From contig JBPOFY010000008.1 of the NCBI GenBank assembly GCA_051252375.1, positions 1 through 64,000 on the forward strand: a stretch of 64,000 nt of DNA. Direction: 5' to 3'. Shown one piece after another: positions 10,715-19,452 of this stretch. The translations under genes and the position numbers were made by a program. A model generated the notes under the pieces. It was not told where the DNA came from and did no database searches. It saw only the letters and a program-made list of their open reading frames with translations. Origin of the DNA: Opitutaceae bacterium. GTDB lineage: Bacteria; Verrucomicrobiota; Verrucomicrobiia; Opitutales; Coraliomargaritaceae. Within the stretch, counting starts at the first letter, position 1, and each line of letters starts with the position of its first letter.

Positions 10715-13594
10715 GTGAAAATAACAGTCAACGTAGAGAGCGACCTCCTAAACCGCGTCATAAAGACAACTGGTTCAGAAACCACTACTGCCGCCATCGA
10801 CTACGCGCTCCGTGAATTGGATCGTCAAGCACGACAGACCGAAGAGCTCAGCCCTAACACAGAAGCGAGTGCGTGCACACTTAGCGAAAGCAAAGAAATA
10901 GAAGAGACATTGCGTGAGAGCGAAGAGATCAACCGTGCCACATTCGAGCAAGCGGCGATCGGCATCGCCCACGTCGGCAGCGAAGGCGCCTGGTTGCGGA
11001 TCAACGACAAGCTCTGCGCCATCGTCGGCTACACTCGCGAAGAGCTCATGAACCTGACGTTCCAAGACATCACACACCCGGAGGATCTGGACGAAGATCT
11101 TTCCTACGTGGAGCAGATGCTCTCAGGAGAAATCAACCAATACTCGATCGAGAAGCGCTATATCCGCAAGGACCACTCTGTGGTATGGATTCACCTAAGC
11201 GTTTCGCTGGTAAGGACTGCGTCAGGCAAGCCGCGGCACTTTATATCCGTCGTCGAAGACATCACCGCGCAAAAGCAGGCCAAAGAAGAGATTGCGAGAA
11301 GTGCGCGGCACCTGACGTTGGCGCAATCCACCGCCCTTCTCGGCAGCTGGGAGCTAACGATCGCGACCGATGAGCTCTTTTGGTCCGACATGGCCTTCGA
11401 GCTGTTCGGTTTGAATCATGAAAAGGACAAACTCACGCTCGATAAGTTTTTTGAAATGGTTCATCCAGAAGACCGTCAGATTGTTCATGAAGCCTTTCAA
11501 AGCTCCCTAGTCGCAGGAGGCCCCCCATATAATATCACGCACCGGATCATCCGGGTTGACACGGAAGAGATCCGCTATCTGCAAGAACGTTGCATCCATC
11601 ACCGCGATGCCAATGGTAACGTAATCAAATCTATCGGCACCGTGCAGGATGTCACGGTGCAAGAAAAAGCTGAGGAAAAGCTAAAAAAGAGTGAAGAGCA
11701 TTTTAAATCGATTGTAGAGCAATCACCATTGAGCACCCAAATGTTCACGCCCGATGGCATGACGGCACAAGTCAACCGTGCCTACGAGAATTTATGGGGA
11801 ATCACGATTGGCGATTTAGAGGGCTATAATATACTGGAAGATCAACAACTGGTAAGCCTTGGAATCATGCCCTACATTCAAGGTGCATTTTCTGGTCAAG
11901 CCGCTTCGATTCCTGCAGCTGAATTTGATACCGCGAAATCTTTGGGCATCGGAAATAAGATGTGGATACAAGCCCGCATATATCCAGTAAAGGACAGTGC
12001 CGGAAATATTAACAACGTAATTTTAATCCATGAGGATATTACCGAACGCAAGCAGGCCGAAGAATCACTAAGAGTGAGCGAGGAAAAACTGAGACTCATC
12101 ATCGATACGTCTCCCATAGGAATTTGCACGGTGGACTCACTGGGTAACTATGCCATGGTCAATCCAGCCTATGAACAAATGCTCGGGTATACCAAAGAAG
12201 AACTCCGGAGCCTTACCTTATTTGACGTGACCCATCCAGAGGATCGCCCCAAGAACAAAGCACTCTATCAAAGCATGTTTACTTTGAAATCGACTGGGTT
12301 TTTCGTAGAGAAAAGATATATGCGCAAGGACGATAAAATCATCAACGTGGCCGTCAATGCGACCGCTGTCATGGACACGGAGGGACGCGTCATCTTCGGG
12401 ACCGCATTCGTCCGTGACATCACCAAATGGAAGCTTGCCGAAGACGAACTCATTCAAGCTAAAGAGAAAGCTGAAACATCAGACCGCTTAAAATCAGCAT
12501 TCCTAGCCAATACGAGTCACGAAATCCGAACCCCATTGAATGCCATCGTCAACTTTAGCCGAATGTTAACATGGGAGGATGAAATCAGTAATCAGGAAAA
12601 GAAGGAATACGCAGATATTGTAGAGTCGAGTTGCACCTCTCTGCTCAAGTTGATCGATGACATCCTCGATATCTCGAAGATCGAAAGTGGCAGCTTGGAG
12701 ATACGCAAAGAGACGACCGACTTGAGAGTGTTACTGTCAAATCTATCACTTGCCTACGAGATGAACCGCAATGCTAATCCCAAGGTAAGTATCCGTCTAG
12801 AACTACCGGAGGAGACGACCGCCTTGAAGTTGCTCACGGACGAAAATCGATTGAAGCAAGTATTGATAAACTTGGTGGACAATGCTCTGAAATGCACAGA
12901 ATTGGGGCACGTCACCATCGGCGCTACCTTAGAAAGTGACCGAGTTATTATCTATGTCGAAGATACTGGCATTGGAATTTCGAAAGAGCATCGAACTGCA
13001 ATATTTGAGCGCTTCTATAAAATCGATTCAGGTGCTAACAAGCTCTATCGTGGTGTTGGCTTGGGGTTGGCAATTTCCAGCAAGATAATTAAACTCTTAG
13101 GCGGAAGGCTGAATGTGGATTCCGAATTAGGCAGAGGTTCAAAATTCTTTTTCTCGTTACCGCTCACTCTCAAAAATACTGAGAGCCCGAAAATGGAGAG
13201 CTCCAAAGAAGGTAATATGAATCGTGGTGCATTAAAGGGACTGAAGCTCTTGGTAGTCGAAGACGAACCCGCTAACATGATGGTCCTTCAAGTTCTCCTG
13301 AAAGACTCTGGTGCGAAAATTGGAAAGGCAACGACCGGAGAGGACGCAGTAAACCTTTATACAGAAACCCTTCCTGATGTAGTCCTGATGGATCTGAAGT
13401 TGCCCAAAATTGATGGTTTTGAAGCTACCAAACGTATTTTCGAAATAAATAGTGAAGCGATCATTATTGCTCAGAGTGCTTTTGCAGGAACTGATTACCA
13501 AGAAAAGGCGGTGGCCTTAGGATTTGCCGGATATGTGACGAAGCCAATCGTCCGTGCTCAGCTAATCGAATCAATCCTGAACGCAATCGTATGA
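10715..13594 (+). CDS. Cytoplasmic hybrid histidine kinase: VapB-like N-terminus, 4 PAS, HisKA, HATPase, receiver
   Basis: PAS motifs (ITHPED, VHPED), SHEIRTPL H-box, NLVDNALK, DTGIGI, GVGLGLAI, receiver VVEDE...LMDLKLP...KP. Confidence 0.93.
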   Translation: MKITVNVESDLLNRVIKTTGSETTTAAIDYALRELDRQARQTEELSPNTEASACTLSESKEIEETLRESEEINRATFEQAAIGIAHVGSEGAWLRINDKLCAIVGYTREELMNLTFQDITHPEDLDEDLSYVEQMLSGEINQYSIEKRYIRKDHSVVWIHLSVSLVRTASGKPRHFISVVEDITAQKQAKEEIARSARHLTLAQSTALLGSWELTIATDELFWSDMAFELFGLNHEKDKLTLDKFFEMVHPEDRQIVHEAFQSSLVAGGPPYNITHRIIRVDTEEIRYLQERCIHHRDANGNVIKSIGTVQDVTVQEKAEEKLKKSEEHFKSIVEQSPLSTQMFTPDGMTAQVNRAYENLWGITIGDLEGYNILEDQQLVSLGIMPYIQGAFSGQAASIPAAEFDTAKSLGIGNKMWIQARIYPVKDSAGNINNVILIHEDITERKQAEESLRVSEEKLRLIIDTSPIGICTVDSLGNYAMVNPAYEQMLGYTKEELRSLTLFDVTHPEDRPKNKALYQSMFTLKSTGFFVEKRYMRKDDKIINVAVNATAVMDTEGRVIFGTAFVRDITKWKLAEDELIQAKEKAETSDRLKSAFLANTSHEIRTPLNAIVNFSRMLTWEDEISNQEKKEYADIVESSCTSLLKLIDDILDISKIESGSLEIRKETTDLRVLLSNLSLAYEMNRNANPKVSIRLELPEETTALKLLTDENRLKQVLINLVDNALKCTELGHVTIGATLESDRVIIYVEDTGIGISKEHRTAIFERFYKIDSGANKLYRGVGLGLAISSKIIKLLGGRLNVDSELGRGSKFFFSLPLTLKNTESPKMESSKEGNMNRGALKGLKLLVVEDEPANMMVLQVLLKDSGAKIGKATTGEDAVNLYTETLPDVVLMDLKLPKIDGFEATKRIFEINSEAIIIAQSAFAGTDYQEKAVALGFAGYVTKPIVRAQLIESILNAIV

Positions 13595-13676
13595 GCTTAA
13601 AAGGTGGCGCGAAAGGGGGAGCAACTCAAATGGGGTCATGTCGTTATGTTTGCAATCTCCTCAAAGGGGGTCAAAA

Positions 13677-13701
13677 GGGGTCAAACGCAAAATATAAAGA
13701 T
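13677..13701 (+). repeat. 25-bp site GGGGTCAAACGCAAAATATAAAGAT (right copy), preceded by variant site at 13632-13656
   Basis: Direct reading; the variant GGGGTCATG(T)CGTTATGTTTGCAAT also occurs at 10197-10220. Confidence 0.92.
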
Positions 13702-13772
13702 TTCGACCTGACTACCCTTCAATTCTCCAAAGGATTAGCGCCTAAATATTGCGAATTAACTACACCCACCAA

Positions 13773-14864
13773 TCAAAGGTTCAGCTCGTAGCGGGTGCTT
13801 CGTCCGCCTCCAATTGAGATAAGGACTCCCTTTTGCAAAAGCTCTTGCAGGTCGCGGGTCGCAGTTGGTTTAGAGACACCCGTCAGTCGCTGATACTTAC
13901 TTGCGTTGACGCCCCCTTCGAAGCCTCCGGGCCCAGCATCTATCATCCGTCGAACGACTTTAAGTTGACGCTCCGAAAGTGCTTCGCGGTAGCGATCGAA
14001 GAAACGTGCCTTCTTCAGCACAAATTCAATGCGAGACTGCGAATCGTCTAAGGCACGTAATAGTAGATCCACAAAGTAGCGTAACCAGTCGGTCACCTCG
14101 TTGCTGCGTTGCGCGCGTTGTAGTGCATTATAATAACTCGTTTTGTCGGCTTCAATTGCCTGGGAAAGACTCAACAACAACGGACGCCCCAATCCCTGGA
14201 ACAAGGCCTTCTCAGCCACTGCGCGCCCGATCCGACCATTGCCATCTTCGAAGGGATGGATCGTCTCAAAATACAGGTGAGCCAATGCTGCCCGTATGGG
14301 CGCATGACGGATCTGCCCGCGACTTGCATTAAACCACTCAACAAAGCCTTTCATTTCAGCAGGCACTAAGGACGAAGGTGGTGCTTCGTAGAGGACTGTC
14401 GGCTCCCCTAAGGTCAACGCCACCACCTGCATCGGCTCCACATGGGAACGCCACTGGCCTGTAGCCACATTGTTTGCGCCCTGCATTAATGAACGGTGCC
14501 AATCTAGCAGAACAGAATCTGATAGATCCGCTGCCCAGTCGGAACGCACAGCCAGCATCAATTCTGCTGCACCAGCCGAAGCTCGGTCACGCACCGGCTG
14601 ATGCGGGCTGTTGATTCCCAAGCCATTCCGAATCGAAGACGCCACATCGGGGCGACTCAAGACTTCTCCCTCAATCTCAGAAGTCTTCAAAGCCTCCACA
14701 ATCATCAGATCCGCGATGGCATTGTTCTGCTCAGCTTCCGGCAAAGCCTGAACAGAGCCACTCACGAGACCGGCACGATCCACAAATTCGAGCAAGGACG
14801 CTTCCAATTCAGCCGATTCGTAGCGAAATTCCGGCCAGTCCGACAATTGCCAATTAAACTCCAT
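13773..14864 (-). CDS. Fic family protein (DUF4172-like N-terminus, C-terminal winged HTH)
   Basis: HPFEDGNGRIGR Fic motif; NWQLSDWPEF N-terminus; SKPTATRDL..L..KG...GGRSTRY C-terminus. Confidence 0.93.
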   Translation of the reverse strand: MEFNWQLSDWPEFRYESAELEASLLEFVDRAGLVSGSVQALPEAEQNNAIADLMIVEALKTSEIEGEVLSRPDVASSIRNGLGINSPHQPVRDRASAGAAELMLAVRSDWAADLSDSVLLDWHRSLMQGANNVATGQWRSHVEPMQVVALTLGEPTVLYEAPPSSLVPAEMKGFVEWFNASRGQIRHAPIRAALAHLYFETIHPFEDGNGRIGRAVAEKALFQGLGRPLLLSLSQAIEADKTSYYNALQRAQRSNEVTDWLRYFVDLLLRALDDSQSRIEFVLKKARFFDRYREALSERQLKVVRRMIDAGPGGFEGGVNASKYQRLTGVSKPTATRDLQELLQKGVLISIGGGRSTRYELNL

Positions 14865-14937
14865 GAGCCGAATATGACAGCTATTCGGCTCATGTAAATA
14901 ACAATAATGAGCCGAATGGGCGTCCTAATCGGCTCAT
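14862..14937. promoter_or_regulatory. Two palindromic operator-like sites ATGAGCCGA-N13-TCGGCTCAT
   Basis: 14863-14893 and 14907-14937, 44 bp apart; the first overlaps the Fic start codon. Confidence 0.75.
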
Positions 14938-15181
14938 CGCGTTGCCGCGCTACGTCATGAGCGTGCCAAAAGCTAAACCGTCAGGGGTTAAACAGGGGCA
15001 GAAAAGAAGCAGGGGGCACACGCAACGATTCGACAAGCTCACGTCAGGCAATATAAAGATTCAGGTTGGGTAACTTTGACTCGCAGCACAGTTTTACCGA
15101 AACGCAGAACCTTGCCTGTGGTGAGCTTGTCGAACTGTCGGATAGTCGTGACACTGTCGGCTAGCGGATACAAAAGAGACT

Positions 15182-16231
15182 ATGGACGAAACAAATGAGT
15201 TACAGCCGAACACCTTCTTTATTGAAGTGTCTGGATCTGGTCTTCCCGAAGTGGATGGTCTCTTCGTGCCTTCAACTGCGCCTCCCGCCAAATCGGAGTC
15301 GGGAACGGTATCCAGTCTCGGTTACTGGAACGGCAAGATGGCGTGGGATCGTGCCGATGGCAAAGCTGCCAGAAGCCCTGCGCTTTCATTCTCCAACAGC
15401 TACTCATCCTGGAGGATTTCCCGTCTCGATGGTCATCTGGCATACGAAATCACATGCGACGACGAAATGCCACCAACTGACAAAGGATGGAACGTCTACC
15501 ACAAGGGAGTCGCGCCTGCCCCGAAGGTGGTCGTCCACCACAGCGACCCGAGACTGCCTTGCCCCAAGCCCAAGGTCGTTTTCGTTCTTGGTGGTCCCGG
15601 CACGGGCAAAGGAACGATGTGTGCGCTTGCAGAGTCTCAACTCGGCTGGACTCACTTATCGACGGGTGCCCTACTCCGCGCCGAGCGTGAGGCAGGCGGG
15701 CCGAACGCCGCCATCATCGAAACGTGTATTGCTGCTGGAAAGTTGGTGCCCAATGCAATCACTGTGGCTCTGCTCAAAGATGCGATGGAGACAGCTATCC
15801 GAACGACGGGAAAGAATAACTTCCTGATTGATGGATTCCCTCGTTCCCTGGACAATTTGGAAGGATGGACTGAGCGCTTCGGTCGGGAAGCTGAACTCCC
15901 GAAAATGTTGTATTTGGTGTGCCCCTACGCGGTTCTCGAAAAGCGTATCTTGGCCCGAGCCAAATGGACGGGGAGAAGCGACGACAATGTTGAAAGCGTG
16001 AAGTTGAGGTTCGATACCTTTGCGGCGGAGACTCTGCCCACTGTTGAGCACTTTAAGGGTCTGAATAAGTGTGTTGAAATCGACGCCAGCCAAGACCGTC
16101 AGGCCGTCTATGCGCTCGTCGCCAGCAATCTCGCTGAACACACCGATCCTAAATTAGCAGACCAACCACTCTCCGAGAAATCCGAAATGATTCTCGGTCT
16201 GCGACCCTACCCAAAGGAAGACAATAACTGA
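15182..16231 (+). CDS. UMP-CMP/adenylate kinase family protein with N-terminal extra domain
   Basis: VFVLGGPGTGKGT, THLSTGALLR, FLIDGFPR, GRSDDN short LID. Confidence 0.88.
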   Translation: MDETNELQPNTFFIEVSGSGLPEVDGLFVPSTAPPAKSESGTVSSLGYWNGKMAWDRADGKAARSPALSFSNSYSSWRISRLDGHLAYEITCDDEMPPTDKGWNVYHKGVAPAPKVVVHHSDPRLPCPKPKVVFVLGGPGTGKGTMCALAESQLGWTHLSTGALLRAEREAGGPNAAIIETCIAAGKLVPNAITVALLKDAMETAIRTTGKNNFLIDGFPRSLDNLEGWTERFGREAELPKMLYLVCPYAVLEKRILARAKWTGRSDDNVESVKLRFDTFAAETLPTVEHFKGLNKCVEIDASQDRQAVYALVASNLAEHTDPKLADQPLSEKSEMILGLRPYPKEDNN

Positions 16232-16339
16232 GGAAGCCTTTGAACTGTAACGGGAAAGAAGAATAACATTGTTACAACCGCTTCGCTAGAGGAGGGAGCG
16301 GAGGGAGAAAAAAAGAATGCCGCAGCAGAGTGGACTCCC

Positions 16340-16509
16340 GAAAGGCACGAACTGTAGCGGCTTTATCGAGATGATAATCATAACTTCATTTGGAGGGCAA
16401 TGCTCCGTCATTGCCGCAGAAACGCCTAAAGGCATCGAACTATCGGCGGTTGCGACGGAGCGCAACCCTCCAGCTCTTTACCGAACATCTTCTTAAGTTA
16501 GTGCCATTC
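16340..16509 (-). mobile_element. ~170-bp MITE/REPIN-like element (inverted copy of 21483-21653)
   Basis: Reverse-complement similarity along its length; right end CTTAAGTTAGTGCCATTC; two internal inverted TGGAGGG hairpins. Confidence 0.82.
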
Positions 16510-16687
16510 ACGTTTGCCCCGTTGGAGTCCTCACCCATCAGGAGAACGACTACTTCTTCTGCAAGCCCCAGTTGTTGCTCGATTTCTTCAAAGTTCAAAG
16601 GTGGCTCTATCGTTTCTAGCTAGGCGGATAACACGGTCTTTGATTCTTGGGAGGGGGTAATCTAGCTTTAGATTCTGAATACCGGAA

Positions 16688-18565
16688 TCATTTGGTTATC
16701 TTAAGTGCTAATGCAGTATAAGGTGATTCTTTCTCCAGTTTGCTTTGGGCTGGTATTTCTGGGTAGCAGACCAAAAACTGATTTTCGTCGATCAGGTTAA
16801 CGAAGGCATACTTGGTATTTTCGGGTAGAGCGACTGTGGCAGTGAATGAAACCTGATCGATGATCATGGGTTTTCGGAACCACTCATCGTAGCCTGTGGG
16901 CTTAGTGTGGTTGTAATAGATGAGATGTGCCTCTTTGACGTCAGCTCCATTGGTTTTGAAGGTCACGGTGAGATTATTTCCATCTTGCTTATGTGAGAGG
17001 ACGGACGGCACTTTATTTTTGGCAGGGAGCCTTCCCTTACTGTTGGGGTTGTAATAGGGGTAACTGGCTTGCATTTCTGCAAGTTGAGCGGACAGGGCAT
17101 GATCCATGGTTTTGACTTTTTCTGGCATGCTATCAGCCAAATTTTTTGCTTCTTCCAGATCTACACGTTGGGGCTCGCCGCCTGTAGTTTCGTAGAGTTG
17201 ATACAGTTCAAAAGGTTCCTGATCGGGATTGTAGAGATAATCGTAGTTTTTGATGAGTTTGAAGTCACCCATAATGATGGCGCTTTCTAGAGCTGTGTGA
17301 GGGAAATGCCACATCATTGAATTGCGGCTAGTCCCGGCCTTATTTTTGACGAGTTGTGCGTCTGTTGGATCTGTGGTGAGGAGCGGAAAGAGGTCTAATC
17401 CATCGAGCTGTTTCTCTGGCTGCTCTGCTTTTGCCATGGAGAGAGTCGTGGGGTATATATCCAGTCCATTGATGATTACATCGGATTGGACTCCTGCTGG
17501 GATATTGGGACCAGTGACGATAAATGGAACTCGGGTGCCCCCTTCTTTGATAGAGGTTTTTCCCAGATCTAGAGGGTTATTGTCTGTGTAGCGTTCATAG
17601 GACTTACCTTCGGTGCCGCCGTTATCTGAGGTAAAGATAATGTAGGTGTTTTCGATGAGTTTGTGGCCTGGCCAACGTGGATCATCGGTAGTTTCTAGGT
17701 AATTGAGAAATTTGCCGATGTTGTAATCGAGCTCTTCTACCATTGCTGCGTAGAAGGGGTTCTTTTGACCTGTGGTGTCTCCTGAGAAGCTTTTTTTATC
17801 TTTGGGATCGATCCCCATTTCTTTAGCGTATTTTTCAAGCAGTTCCTTAGATCTTGTCTGGATCGGGGCGTGCACTAGCCAGGTGGCGTAGTAGAGGAAG
17901 AAAGGTTTACCTTTGTTATCTGTTACGAATTTAAGGGCATTCTCGGTCGTTTGATTGAAGGGAAACCCATTGGAGTCGAGTTTGTATGGATCGTCTTCTG
18001 CTGTTGTGGCAAAGCCAGCTAAGCGATTTTTCATTTTGGCTTTAGAAATTCTGCTTCCGTAGCTTGTCTCGAATCCTAGGTCTGTCGCTTTTGGCTCTGA
18101 GTAGGAAATATGCCATTTGCCAACGTGCCCTGTGGCATAACCATTGTCTTTCATAGCTGACGCAATGGTGTAGTCGCCTACGGGTGTGCGTGCACTAAAC
18201 CATGGAGACATCATACGCGACTGTGGAGTGAGCGGCTGCGGTGGTGTGCCGCCTTTGATATGGGTTTTCTGTGCTCTAGCGGGATGCACGCCGCTGACGA
18301 TTGCACAACGCGATGGCGCACATGTGGGTGCAGGGGAATAAGCTCTCCAGAATAGAACTCCTTTTTGGGCAAGCGCATCTATGTTTGGGGTGACGTAAGC
18401 ATTTTGCTCGTCGATATCATAACAGTCTACGTCTTGCCAGCCGAGGTCATCTGTAAGTAAGACGACGACATTTGGTTTTTCAGGGCGTTCGGCTTCTGCG
18501 TTTATATGGGAGCCAGCTAGCGCGGTAAGCATAGCAACTAGGGTGATTATAATGTTTTTTGACAT
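16688..18565 (-). CDS. Exported S1 formylglycine-dependent sulfatase
   Basis: Signal peptide, TDDLGW, CAPSR motif, GKWH, SDNGG. Confidence 0.93.
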   Translation of the reverse strand: MSKNIIITLVAMLTALAGSHINAEAERPEKPNVVVLLTDDLGWQDVDCYDIDEQNAYVTPNIDALAQKGVLFWRAYSPAPTCAPSRCAIVSGVHPARAQKTHIKGGTPPQPLTPQSRMMSPWFSARTPVGDYTIASAMKDNGYATGHVGKWHISYSEPKATDLGFETSYGSRISKAKMKNRLAGFATTAEDDPYKLDSNGFPFNQTTENALKFVTDNKGKPFFLYYATWLVHAPIQTRSKELLEKYAKEMGIDPKDKKSFSGDTTGQKNPFYAAMVEELDYNIGKFLNYLETTDDPRWPGHKLIENTYIIFTSDNGGTEGKSYERYTDNNPLDLGKTSIKEGGTRVPFIVTGPNIPAGVQSDVIINGLDIYPTTLSMAKAEQPEKQLDGLDLFPLLTTDPTDAQLVKNKAGTSRNSMMWHFPHTALESAIIMGDFKLIKNYDYLYNPDQEPFELYQLYETTGGEPQRVDLEEAKNLADSMPEKVKTMDHALSAQLAEMQASYPYYNPNSKGRLPAKNKVPSVLSHKQDGNNLTVTFKTNGADVKEAHLIYYNHTKPTGYDEWFRKPMIIDQVSFTATVALPENTKYAFVNLIDENQFLVCYPEIPAQSKLEKESPYTALALKITK

Positions 18566-19019
18566 ACTAGATTGTGCGTGGGGGGGGGGGTGTTACGTGT
18601 ATGAAATGATGTGCCTTTCAAATGGTAGAGGCAAAGACGAAGTTTGTAATTACTTTTTTAGTTCTAGCAGGGGTATCAGAGGGCTCAAAATGGGATCATG
18701 TCATTACCTTTATGGTGATTCAGGATCAAGACTGCATTCGTCGCTTCGCGTAGACCGCCCTACCTCAGGGAGGACCGTGTCCCGACTTCACTCCATCGAT
18801 ACACCTCGACTTTATTGAAAAATTCAAAGCTTATGGTTCATAAACCTAAATTCAGAAGTCAGAAGTTAGGGCATTGTTATCAAGAACTTACAGCGGAAAC
18901 ACCCATCGCCAAATTGGCGAATGTGCTCAATCTTACAAATCATTGTCTTTCAGCGACTAACTTCTAACTACTGCCTCCTAACTCCTCTCTTAAGGATAAA
19001 CAACCCTGACCGGGACATT

Positions 19020-19313
19020 ATGAAATTATTAATACGCAATCTGAATCGATCGACTACAGCAGCAGAACTTGAAAAGTTATTTCAAGAATTTGGCGCTGTT
19101 CTAAAATGCAGCTTGGTAATGGATCCACAGAGTGGCACGTCTAAGGGTTTTGGTTTTGTTGAGATGCAAAAACCTGGTGACGCCAAAGCTGCCGTCAAAA
19201 ACCTGAATAACAAAACGGTCAACGGTATGAAGATCCGCGTGAAGAAGGCGGAGACTCGACAGGAGAAGCATCGTAATTTAATTGACGAGTCTGAAAATCA
19301 AGACCGCTCGTAG
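19020..19313 (+). CDS. RRM-domain RNA-binding protein
   Basis: RNP2-like LLIRNL and RNP1 KGFGFVEM. Confidence 0.92.
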   Translation: MKLLIRNLNRSTTAAELEKLFQEFGAVLKCSLVMDPQSGTSKGFGFVEMQKPGDAKAAVKNLNNKTVNGMKIRVKKAETRQEKHRNLIDESENQDRS

Positions 19314-19452
19314 GGGGTGGATTGCACAGCTGCGATGCTTCAGTAGGACGAAAGCGATGAGTGAGGCCCTTTAGAACTCCTCAGCCCCTGCCCCCTTTCA
19401 GTCCCCACTCAACACCCCTTGCTTTATGTGCGCCGTGCTTTATGAAAATGGT

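Noticed and set aside
6654..13701. Tn3-family 38-bp terminal repeats
   Set aside because: The sites start with GGGG, but identity spans only ~25 bp, with no TAAG inner end, no clear 5-bp target duplication and no transposase or resolvase.
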